Assembly (NCBI GenBank): GCA_049999805.1
Contig: JBNGIO010006223.1
Span: 224,743 to 288,742 of the forward strand
Length of the DNA: 64,000 bases
DNA from: Folioceros fuciformis
Lineage: Eukaryota
Reading direction: 5' to 3'
A program made the position numbers and the translations under genes. The notes beneath the pieces were generated by a model. That model did not search any database. It was not told the origin of the DNA and worked only from the letters and a program-made list of their open reading frames with translations. This document shows, one piece after another, positions 1-11,142 of the stretch (the first letter of the stretch is position 1; the number at the start of each line of letters is the position of its first letter).

Positions 1-207
1 CCCTAGTGGCAAGGAAAACCAAGACCTTGGTTTAGTCTCAACTAGCTCAGCGCCCTAAGCCAGGAGTTCTGCACCCGAGGTCCAGGGAAATCGCACCGTA
101 GACAGCCCCCTCCTCAATGGCAGGTCTAGCCTCTTATACTACCTTGGCCCAAACCTCCATCTCTATCTATTAGGGTTAGCCTCAGTCAACCACCCAGCAA
201 TCTCTCT

Positions 208-660
208 CTGACCTAAGCTGGCCCTAATTCTGACCTAAACCTAACTCTGACCTAACCCTAACTTTGACCCAAACCTAGTTCTGACATGAAAAGGGTTGTG
301 TCCTATGGACAGCACTGGGTGCCCTTACCAAAATTGACCAATCTCAAGACTACTAAAATAGTCAATGCCTCTCAACCCTCTCCCTCCTCTCTCAAATCAT
401 TCTAGCAACCCTTCAAAGACCCTCTCCCTCCTCTCTCAAATCATTCTAGCAACCCTTCAAAGACACATCTCGCCTCACCATCAATCTAGCTACTAATCTA
501 ACCTAATCTTTTATCTAGTGAAAATCTTTTATCTATTTCACTAGAGGGTCCTCACCATCCCACTAATCTACATTAATTTAATTATTAATCTAATCTAATC
601 TTTTAACTATTTTACCACAAAATCCTGACCATCAATCTAGCCACTAATCTAACCACAGGA
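208..660. repeat. Repeat-rich, low-complexity segment, probably a transposon subterminal region
   Basis: 17-bp unit ctgacctaaacctaact x3+ at 230-285. Exact 44-bp tandem duplication at 376-419/420-463. The motif accatcaatctagcyactaatctaac recurs near 477 and 629. No ORF. Confidence 0.6.
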
Positions 661-921
661 TTTACTTAAAGATTCCCAAAAAGAGAAATCCTACCATTAA
701 CGTTCACAAGGACCTACATGGAATCAAACGTTCACGATGTAGTGAACGATGTACCATGCCTGTGGAAAGACTGCCCATCTGGTCAGGAAGGTCAGGAAGG
801 TACTTTCATGAGGCCTGTCAGGCAGTAAAAACATCAGCTCGAGAACCGGAAATGTCCAAGCTCAACCTACGTCTACAAGTGAATCATAGTGCTACATTCT
901 TTCACAAGGAGTATACATAAT

Positions 922-3646
922 TCACTCCCCGACTTTGAAAGTAGTCGCAGCTCCAAATTTTCTCTTCGCTTCATCGTCATATGATATACTGTCGGAATCA
1001 GACTTCCTAGGCTTCATCTTGTTCGTCTTTGATTCGTCAAATTCATCATCTTCTTTCTCTTCCCCGGCCGTCTTGCCCGAAGGCTGCTGAAGCCCTTCAC
1101 CGGAAACTTTGGCCATACAGTCACCTGAAGCAAGCATCAAAGCTTGTCCTAGATGTGAAACTTCAATTATTGTGTTCGTGTCTTCTGACGGAAGCGGTTG
1201 CAACCAAGGTTCCCCATCCATTCGCACATAAGCCTGGTCCGAGCTTTCAGCCCGGAATTCAATTCTCACTTTATGAGCCTGCTAGCGGTTGCCAAATCAG
1301 CATTTTCCGGAGAAGATAGAAGCACGCATGGATACATAGACAAATATCTCCCTACATACCTGAGCAAGGCGAGTGCCATGCCCCTTCGGAGCTAGAGATG
1401 CTAAACCGTGCCAACCATCTCTAAAACCCACAATTTCAAGAAGACCATCATTCACATATGGTGCCGTTAAACCTCGCTGCGGACACAAGCAAAGTGTGAG
1501 TAAACGGGTTACTGCGATCACTGTGAGCGTTAGAAATCATGGCAGCCAAAAGGCATTTGCAAACTTGAAAGAAAGGATTGCACACCCACGAAAACTGTCG
1601 TGGCCAAGCATATGAGACTTACGGTGTTTGTTTTCTCTTCACTGGGATCTCCCCAAGGATCCAATCCTCCAGAAAAGCTCGGCAAATTCAATAGGACTAC
1701 AGACCGGATGCTACAAGTGAAACTTCAAAAAGTTAGCAAGTTGTTTACTTTGACGCAATGATAAATCTACATGATACATTGCAGAAAAAGTATAGCCCAT
1801 CCTCGAAGTTCATTATTCTTCTGACAGCTTCGAAGATCGTTATTCCTCACCGGTTTGAGATCTGCAAATCCTCCCACTGTCCCTTATGCTTGGCGACTTT
1901 GACCTTAGCAAGATGGTTTATATTTCTGCAATCAGGTTAGCGAGTTAGGCTATACCACACTCCAGACACCAAACCTTGAGGAAAGGACCTCCAATGGCGA
2001 CAACCAGCTTTCTCACCTCGAAGCTGGATGAAGACAATTGGCACAAAACCAGCCCTGGGTGCATCCCAGGGATGCATACCTAACCTGTCAAAAAATAGCA
2101 TGGGCACGCACTCATGAAGGTCAGAGGCACACAGGCATTCGCGTTAGCATGTTCACTTTGTAGACACCATAATAAGCGTCAGACCTGATTCAAACATTGG
2201 TTCTTGAATTTCTCAGGATTATTTTCCCTCCTCTTATGAAAAGCATAAGATATCTGCGCATCCATTCCTACAAAATTAAGCCCGAGAGATAAACGGTCAG
2301 CCACTACTCATGTAACTCTGCAGAACTGTGGAAGCAGAAGCAGGCTCAACAATGCCGCTCTGTACCCATGCTCAGGTAGTTCCAGAATCCACCTCGATAC
2401 GTAAGACGCCCTTCCTGAACCACATGGACTTTCAACAGTTGGCCTCGACACCAGGACTACAAGTGTCATACATCAACCCTTCGGCTGAAGAGAACGTGTT
2501 CGCACATTCAATACGTAGAGCAAATACCTCATGATGCTCGTCACCGGGATTGACTTTCTTGAAATGGTGCAATGAATGTGGCAACTGAACCGGCTGTGGA
2601 CTGCGGCTGGTTTCTGATGGTGGCGCCAATCTTAAGAGCAGGTGCCAGCTGGGAATGACAGAACGTGCAAGTGAGTAAGCGTGACAGTAGAGTATGGATC
2701 TACTCGTCCCCGGGCAGGATATTAGCCCGCCGAGCCAAAGACGCATACCTGTCTACAGGCATCGGTCTTGCAGCAGCAACCTTGAGTAGAATTTCTCGCA
2801 CAGAATTTGTATCCGTAGATGGATTTCTCTTCCCCTGCATATGGGTGCATATGGAAGAGAACAACGTGTAACCACTTCTGAATGAAACGGAGAATGTGAC
2901 GATTATGGAGGCTTTGCTACATCGAGACCCCTAAGCAGATTCAATTTGACCCTCGGCTTGCCAAATGCATTTTGTCATCCCCTGCACTTACCCATCCAAA
3001 AGAAAAGGGCAAGTTGTTTCCAGTCCCCAGGGGAATGGTCGCAAGAGGTGGCGGGTTCGCCAACCTGAGGTCTCCGACTGTTCCCAGCAGCCATCCGGCA
3101 GTGCCATCTCCTCCTGCAACCTAAAACCATGTCCAGGAGGACATCGAAGGGCCATCGAATCTCAGCCTTGGATACGAGCTCGGCTAAGACCTTCTTCTTG
3201 CATCCAAGAACCAAAAAGGGTTGCTTACAATCAATCGAAGGTTGGCCCGAATTTCTTCCGCGAGCCCATCACTCTTCGTGCGCAACTCCTCCAAATTGCG
3301 GAGCACAGAATGAAGAACGTCTCCTGGCTGATGCTCGGAGAGATCGTACACCTGGATGTTGGCTGGGAGTATGAGACAAGGAAGGAGAAGGAGACAAAAC
3401 GTGCACAGCGTGCGTGTAGGCGTCAAGGGAAAGACGGGGCACCTGTTCCGGGTTGAGCAGGGCCCGGAACGACTTGATGAGAGGAGCCCCGAGCTGGCCA
3501 CCGCTCTTGGAGTTGATGAAGACGATGACAGGACATTTGGGAGCAGGTCCCGTAGGCTTCTGGTCAGGAATCTCCCTTGAGAGCACATAATCTGGTACGA
3601 TGAAATCGTACAAGCTGTCCTCTTGCTGCTGCGAGAACAGCACCAT
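922..3646 (-). CDS. DGK5: Diacylglycerol kinase (plant DGK5/6-like), multi-exon
   Basis: Exon translations include [67 protein letters not shown] and [11 protein letters not shown]. Stop at 922. First in-frame ATG at 3646; an upstream acceptor near 3730 suggests a further 5' exon. Confidence 0.93.
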
Positions 3647-3747
3647 GACTGAGCGCTGCAAGATAGCTTCCAATTCCTCTAAGGACAACACACAAGGCCC
3701 GCTCGAGTTGAAGATGCAGTCCAATCTGCTGCAAGGCCAGTACTAGT

Positions 3748-6127
3748 TCAGCCCAGCCCCAAGCCCAACCGCAGCCCCGGCTGCCATGTTCCGTCGCCTT
3801 CGTCGACGGCCACACATCGCGGTGGCCGCTCCGGCAGCTGCATCTCACAGTGCTGCTTCACACAGTGGGCCCCCGAGCTGGCCACGGCCCCTTGGCTGGA
3901 CCAACGCGCCGCAGCTCTGGCGGAGACAAGTTTTGTAATTGTGTAATACAGACAGCACGACTCCAGGACCCTGTCTATGTACATACACATGCAGCCACCG
4001 GCAATGGCGGCAGTTTGCTGCATAAAAGTCGGGCTAAACAAAGTTGGGGGCTTCCAGTACTGCCAGCCTCCGGTGCTCCCGTTAAATATGAATTCCGAAG
4101 ATGCCAAACTGCGCCAACGACAAAAAGCTGGAGGGAAAGACGGGTACATAGACGCCCGCTGGACTTCTATAAATGGTCTCCTGTGAGAAGCATTTGACGC
4201 GGTCGCACAAGCCTGGATCTGCAGGCGGCCGGGCCAGGGCAGGCCAAACCGGGACAATGTCGTCAGATTGCAACAGTGTGAAGTGAAGCATCCACAGCAC
4301 AGTGCAAGTGACAGTCCCCGGCCCAGCTCAAAGTTAGGAGACTGACTGTGGGATCGGATGAACTGGAGAAGGGGTTGAGTGACGTCCTGCTCCAAGAACC
4401 GGCTGAAGAGGAAGTCGGCGTGTGCATACTCGGACAAGTGATGCAACTCCGGCGAGGCTGCAAACTCTGACACCAGGCGCAGCACATCCACGGGGTCTGC
4501 AAACGTGTCCGCTCCCCCGTACATGACAAGCGTGGGGATGTTCCCCGGGAGTGCGGATATCTGGTAGATAGGTGCATAAGGTGAGCCATAGACTTGCAGG
4601 CTCCGAGGGATGCTGCCGTACTCGTATGTCTGAAAGTTGCCCTTGTTCATATCTGGTGACATGACAAATCTTCAGCCTCACTCATGAGCATACCGTGCGG
4701 TCACACATGCTATCAACTAGGAGGAGAACCTTACTTTGATATAGATGATCCAGGAGTTTGAAGGAGGTGCAGCTTGCATTGCCGGTGAATGCCTCGAATA
4801 CCACCTTATGGTCTGTGCAGCAGTTGGGACCTGTGCATCCAGGCTCCCAAGATAAACATGCTTTGCTCGTCCCTTTCCCAATTCATGACGGTAGCCAGCA
4901 AGAACCAACCTGTGACACTTGTCACGGCGGCAGACATGAACTGTTTCAGCCACGGGTCCTTCATAAACTCGGGAATGAGCCCTGCACATCTGGGCCAACC
5001 AGAGCTACGTGTGTCAAATACTAGTGTCCCCGGAGGACGTGTATATGAAAACAGCCCCTGGCTACTCACATGCCTAGGCACAGACTTGGAACGGTCTTGT
5101 AAGCTGTCTGCAACCATGTAAACGAACAAGTAGTACTGTCAGGCATCCATCGTGCTACTCGTACCGCAGACACTGAGGTACTGCCACTCACTTGTGTAAT
5201 GTCTGCCTGCTTGATTGAACGCAACAACGGCGCTGATGTAACATTACAGTAGATAACAGGAGCTATAAAAGTCGCAGAGGCCACCAGTTGAGCCTGCTGG
5301 AACAGGTACGTAAGGGCACCGATAGCAACTCTGGCTCCCTGTGTCACCGAAGGGCGGCAGCTCAACACTTCTTACCAGGGGACACCGCAACCATCCACTT
5401 CAACAAGCTGGCAGCGAGAGCTGCGTTTAGAGACAGTGACCAGAGACAGTACATGTGAAAAGCCAACGACATGAAACGGCCGATCGCTGATGGCATTCAG
5501 AAGGGACTGCACCAGGGCCGGGAAGTCATAGTTCACCATCTCGTCCCCGCACCAATCCCAGTACTCCTGTTGCATTGACCTTGGATGAGAGGATAGTTTT
5601 TATGCTTAGCTTGCAGTGTAAGTGCAGGGTAGCAAGCCCAGAAACCCTGTCGTTCCATATGTACCATGTCAGTTGACACGTAGTGATTGTGACCTAGTCC
5701 ATACAGACTTGTCCGCATATTCGCAATCCATACACTGAAGTTGTTGTCTGCTACAGTTAAGGGTATTGGATTGGCCGAGTAAAACCACTGCTCACCACCC
5801 AAGAAGACTGTGTGCAGGAACAGAACTTCCCCGGAGTAATTGCCTTGGTGATTCTTGTGCGTGACGTGCTCCAACGTCAGACCAAAGCCATCATTTGTCC
5901 ACACCTGCCCAGCCCACACCCAACCGTGCGCGTTACATCTCGTCACCTTCCCTTGAACATCGTTACTTCTAAACCAATGGGGCCAGGTAAAGCACCGAAT
6001 GCTCAGCACAATCATAATTCTTGAACGGCTCGATCACATCTTGACAGAATGCCGTTCCGCATGTCAATCTTACGCTGCAGCTGCACATCAGTACGAGGAA
6101 AAGGATACTTGAGCGCATTCTCCACAT
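3748..6127 (-). CDS. Secreted triacylglycerol lipase (LIP1/acid lipase family alpha/beta hydrolase), multi-exon
   Basis: Signal-peptide-like N-terminus (MWRMRSSILFLVLMCSCS), TNDGFGLTL, VWIANMR, EYWDW, spliced nucleophile elbow GFSH|G, GPNCC, YGGADTFAD (Asp) and YAHADF (His). Homology ends near 4345 but the frame stays open to 3748, so the 3' end is uncertain. Confidence 0.85.
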
Positions 6128-6750
6128 AATTCTCTGACGGGATTTGCTGTTCAGAGAAATGTGCACACAGTGTGAGGACCCCAAAACCTAATACGTAAGT
6201 TGTCGTCAACGTCAGACAAACGAGGCAGACGAGGAGAAGTTGTACATCATAAGAGGTAGCAGAGCCAAGATGGAAACTGACACAACAAGAACAAGTTTAC
6301 GTAACGAATGCTGGTAACTGACAACTTTGGGTGCTATTGCTGCTAAAACCGATAATGCCAAGCGTTCGCTTCAAGGGCTGCCTGGTCAATAACAGTCTCA
6401 GGCGGTTAATCCCAAGCCACCTGATCTAAGTACATGTCACTGTCTTTATGCTAACAAGCGCCGATGGAGCTATGAGAAAGAAATTGCAGTAGCTGTGGCT
6501 GTGCTGCTGTCAACATTATAGGCACCGCGTTTCTAGCAGAAGAGCATCTCAGAAGGTGTGGTAAGGATGTAGTAAGGATTGTAGAGGTCCACAGCCATTT
6601 AGTCTCAGTTTTACATTGTGAATTGAAGGCAAAGGCATATGGGTGTCGAATTGGGAAGTGACAGCAGCAAGCAGCCTAATCAGGCATACTGCTGATACCA
6701 ATCTTGAGTTCCGGGACAAGAGACTAGTGGAACATGTAGCAACAAGGAAA

Positions 6751-7794
6751 TCATAGTTTGAGCACCGCACAACCAAACACAGTTCCTTTTGAAACTGTCA
6801 TTCTTGCTCCCTTCCGCCACACAGGTTTCTCATTTCCCACGCTACAGATGTCCACATCATGCATGTACTCTATGTCTAGACTGTGACCACGGGGCTCCAT
6901 CACCCCTCCCACCACGTAAAGCTCGGCACCAAGGCCTATAACACCATACCCGATTCTATGCAAGCAATCGGGCCAAGGACGTAGAGACCTTCTCAATGCA
7001 GGCAGTCTGTGCTCTCTGCTTATGGTGCCATGCCGAACAACAAAAAGCTCATCTCCCACCACGGCAGTGATTCCCTGGGCCCAAGTGCAATCCACCTCCA
7101 CCCACCTCCTCTCTGTGGGCTGGTAAATTTGAGCCTTGCTCACACCCTTGTGAAGGACATGCACCTTCCCTTCGTACACCACACCAGAGCAGGCCGAATT
7201 GTGAACAGCACCTAGCTCCGGGAGTGCTTCCCACAAGTCTTCCTGTGGGTTGTACTTCTCCGCCAAAGCCAGAGACTTCCTGGTTTTGGTGAAGCCACCG
7301 GCAACCATAATACATCCATCAACAACGCAGCAAGCGAACTGTGCCCTGGCTGTGAGCATGGGAGCCTTTTGAGTCCACGTCCTGGAGATGGCGTCGAACG
7401 CCCACACCTGGTTGGTTGCCATGACTCCATCACGGTCACCCGTGACAGGGTCCACATCGTCACTGCCCCCTCCTACAACATACAGCTTCCCATCCAGTGC
7501 AGCTGTTCCGAAATTCGCCAAGTGCTTCACTAAGGACGGCAGCGGGGGCAATGTGAACCACTTCTCATGACAGGGATCGTACGCTTGCCAAATCTTGTCA
7601 GGCTCACGCGCGTTCACGTATAGCCATTCCTCCGCTGTTCCTGCCTCCCTACGCACTCGGAAAAGCTCTTCGCTCTGCAACGTGCCCCGCCAAGCCCGAG
7701 AAACCAGCTGTAAGGTTGGGTACAGAGCCAGCGGCGCACGGGCTAGGCACTGCAGCGCCACAGCATCAGGAATGCCGTCGATGATGCTCCCCAT
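6751..7794 (-). CDS. SKIP30: F-box/kelch-repeat protein, SKIP30-like; intronless CDS
   Basis: IDGIPDAVALQCLARAP F-box, then kelch repeats (KLYVVGGGSDDVDPVTGD, APMLTARAQFACC, IMVAGG). First ATG at 7794. Confidence 0.88.
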   Translation of the reverse strand: MGSIIDGIPDAVALQCLARAPLALYPTLQLVSRAWRGTLQSEELFRVRREAGTAEEWLYVNAREPDKIWQAYDPCHEKWFTLPPLPSLVKHLANFGTAALDGKLYVVGGGSDDVDPVTGDRDGVMATNQVWAFDAISRTWTQKAPMLTARAQFACCVVDGCIMVAGGFTKTRKSLALAEKYNPQEDLWEALPELGAVHNSACSGVVYEGKVHVLHKGVSKAQIYQPTERRWVEVDCTWAQGITAVVGDELFVVRHGTISREHRLPALRRSLRPWPDCLHRIGYGVIGLGAELYVVGGVMEPRGHSLDIEYMHDVDICSVGNEKPVWRKGARMTVSKGTVFGCAVLKL

Positions 7795-8303
7795 CACAGC
7801 ACTGGGAAACCTGGCCTCCAGCCAGCCGGGCCTGCAACCTATTATATCAGCCAAACCCGCCTAGGCATGGTGTTTTGTAGAATGCTGCCTGTTGCCCAAG
7901 CCCGGTCGTCCTTGGACGGGTCACGAGGTGTCCATGACACTCGAGGGCTTCGGGTGTAGAGGAAAAAAACCAGGGAGACGACTGAGCACAAGCTCCGTTC
8001 CTCCGAGCACACATGCCTTCGTACGCCACCAGCTTCCCATGACTCCCGCTCTCGAACCCTCCCGCCTGCAGTTGTTCACCGAATCATTCTCACAAGGGAG
8101 AGGCAACCTTAAACGTGGGTCATGGCTTTGTCATCGAGCGCGTTTCCCCGCACACCAACTTTAGCTGGTAGAATGGCAGATAGGCCAAGAGACCTAGGAG
8201 TCAAAGGACAAGCCCTAGCCAAAGCAGGGCCAGTCACCGGCACACCATACCGTCGTCGGTTGTGACCTGGCACCCTCACCCTTTAGTACTTCCAGGAGTG
8301 GGG

Positions 8304-10832
8304 ATGTGGATGGAGGCAGGTATGGGGCAGTCCAACAGGGCCTTCTCCTGCTCCTGCGCCTGTCTCGTCTCTCCTCCTGTTGCCCCCAGGCAAGGGTCGT
8401 TCGTGCAAGCCGTCAGACCAGTGCTAGAATGCGGGGGGTTCAGTTCCTCCTCTTCCTCTGGAAACTGGCGAACGTCTGGACGCAGCCGTAGAGAGCGCAA
8501 CAGCTTTAGAACGACCGGTGGAAGGATGCCTGTAGCGGCTGCAGGGATCGAGCAGTTTTCGTCTGATGATTTCGAAATGGGTCGACTGCTTGGTACCTTC
8601 GGGTACATGAACATATCCAGGTTAGCTCACACATTCAGCTCCATTCGAGTGACTTCAGTGTGCACATCGAACCAGTCCCTCCTTCATCTTGCTCAAGGGT
8701 ACCTGACGGTGCTTTGGCAGTTACTCTCCGGGAAGTACGTTTGGCTCGGGGTTGTTGGGTGAGAATGCTGCCACAGGTCTTGACAAACGAGATGTGGAGC
8801 GGCTGAGCGCACAGGATGTTGGTGAAGGCCAAGTGCAAACAAGGTGCTTGCACTTTCTTCTCATGTACCAGTGCCACACCCCTCGCGCTCCAATGTCTCT
8901 CTCATGTTAACAGTAGATTTTGTCAGCCTACATGCAGATTGTATGCTGGGCGAATTTTACGAGGCGAACGAATGGGGACACGAGTGCTGCTCAAGGTCAT
9001 CGTTGTTATGTGGAATGCATTTGCGGGTTTGACGGGCAATCTTCTAGAAGCCCTCCTGGTTCTGTGAGAACGAACTCAGGAAACATTTTTTTCGGAACAT
9101 GCAGGCCTACCCTGGGACGAGAGCAAGGGGAGTTGATTCCGACGTCATGGCTGTGAACGAGCTTGCAACTCATGCTGCTCTTCAGGTGCTCTACCCAGGG
9201 CTTTATGCGATTGCCTGGAAGCCATAATGTATCACAGCTGAAACGTTTTGTCTTTCTCCTCAGGAGTCACAATATCCACTCTCCCCCAATCTGGCATTCT
9301 TGTATGGGGGCTTCCAAACACGAACAGGGGAACAGGTTGGGGAAGGTCCATTTCTGTTGACTTTGCCAGAGTCCTGGCCTTCAGCTGTGAGTGTATAAAT
9401 ACTGTTTGCCTTTGTCTTGTGTGGTGCAGTGGCTCGTCTTCAGAGATGATGGACAGATTACGGCCGCTGATTATGCTAGGGCCGCCAGTGAAGCAACTGT
9501 CAACAAGCGAGCTGTTGGCGAATGGGACTTTTGGGACCGATTTGATCCCACCCGTCCCATCCAGAGGAGGCGTTTCTTCATCATCAAATTACTGCGAGGA
9601 GCCTTCAGTGGATTGTCATATTTGCACGCGTGTGGCCGGCTCCACCAAAGTCTAGGACCCGCGTCAATTGTGCTCAAGTGTGTATCTTATGTCTGGATGT
9701 GTCCAGTGCTGTGGTTGGGTTACACATGCTTTGCCTCCCACCTTATGTTACTCTTTCTATGTTGTGGGAAACCTCTTGCAGCACAATGGAAGAAAGAGAT
9801 GTCAGCTTCCTCGTCCCACGACTTCGGGATCTAGCGTTCTCTGCTGATGTGAGGTGATATTTTCATGGATGCTCCTCCGTTCAAAGACACTCTGCTCTCA
9901 GTTGCTGGCTCCTCTTTACCACCTTTCAACAACAACTGATTCATCATGTGGATTTCCTAGTGATAAGGCCGTCTTTAGTGGATGGATGTTTGGGGAGCGG
10001 CGTTCGAGCAGTACAAGGTCAGAGGACAGGTCCTTAGAGGCAGCAACAGCCGCGCTATCTGACAGTCTGTGGCAGCGAGCAGCAGCTGCGGGAGCTTCTA
10101 CAGCACTTCAGAAGAGGGCCTTTGGCATTGCTGATGACATGTTGGCACTTATGCTCTTTCTTCACTGCATCTATTTATTGGTTTCTGAGGTGCTGTTTTG
10201 TAACGAATATGTTGTGTGCCTAGATACGCGGGTGGTCTCTTGCTGGCTTATATGGTCTTTGTCCCCTTGAGTCCTCCTGGTAGTATTGACGGTCCTTCAT
10301 TGCAGGTCTGTGCTATTACCGTTTGCTCTGCTGGATTTGGAAACCAGCTTCTGCCCTCTCCTAGTGGCTAAGCATGGGTTCTTGCTCGCTTTCTGCAGAG
10401 GCTCTTGGAGACTACATTTGGACTCGACATACAAGCAGCTAAAGAGTGAGACTGTCTATCGAAGCCTGCGCTCTGATGTCCCACGCCACATCCTTGCAAA
10501 CATATAATGACACCAATAATGACACACGTAAAAACTGACTTGTTTGTGGTGTCACTAGATATTTCGCGGCGGATGATCAGCTGAGCGAAGCGGTGAAATT
10601 TCTGGATTTAGATGGCGGAGCTGGGTGGCAATTGCTCCAGGTTTTGCAAACGTGTTTTGGACCCTTACGGCTTCATACATTCCAGTTCATGTTTTATGAT
10701 GTTTTCTTCCGGGCTGAATCAGGGATTTTCTGTCGCTGATTACAGGCGATGGTGAATCCCGATTATAGGCAGAGGCCCACGGCCGACGCAGTTTTGAATC
10801 ATGCTTTTATGACCGGGGCCGTTCTGGAATGA
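8304..10832 (+). CDS. Plastid-targeted protein-kinase-like protein with atypical catalytic loop, multi-exon
   Basis: Ser/Arg-rich transit-like N-terminus, LYAGRILRG...VLLK, ADVMAVNEL-like motif, GLSYLHACGRLHQSLGPASIVL, RLRDLAFS, LDLDGGAGWQLLQ, final exon AMVNPDYRQRPTADAVLNHAF ending TGA at 10830-10832. Confidence 0.8.
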
Positions 10833-11142
10833 GGACTTCTGACCCTGCGTTTCTGTACCTCGAAACGCCTCTGTTGGAATCATGTTCTTAATTGAAAGAA
10901 ACCTTGCAATCTTTTCAGACGGGCGGAGCACGACCTTTCCCGTTGCGCTCTCCTCCAGTCTAAGGAACGTTATGTCTGATCCCTTCGTTTCAGTTCTTTG
11001 ACTCGACCGTCACTCTGTCATCTCTTCTTTGAACATGATCCTCTCGTCCGTCACCCTGCACCAGTACAGTGTATACACCATAGCAGCGTCAGATTTCATG
11101 TCTCAATTGCCTCAAAAACTTGCCATTGAGAACGGAAGTGGA

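Noticed and set aside
230-285. Telomere-like cctaaac/accctaa motifs (also at 58640-58695)
   Set aside because: Not a TTTAGGG array. The first is part of a 17-bp repeat and the second is a few isolated telo-box-like words.
781-800. 9-bp direct duplication ggtcaggaa as a transposon footprint
   Set aside because: A single short duplication with no supporting element ends; it could be replication slippage.
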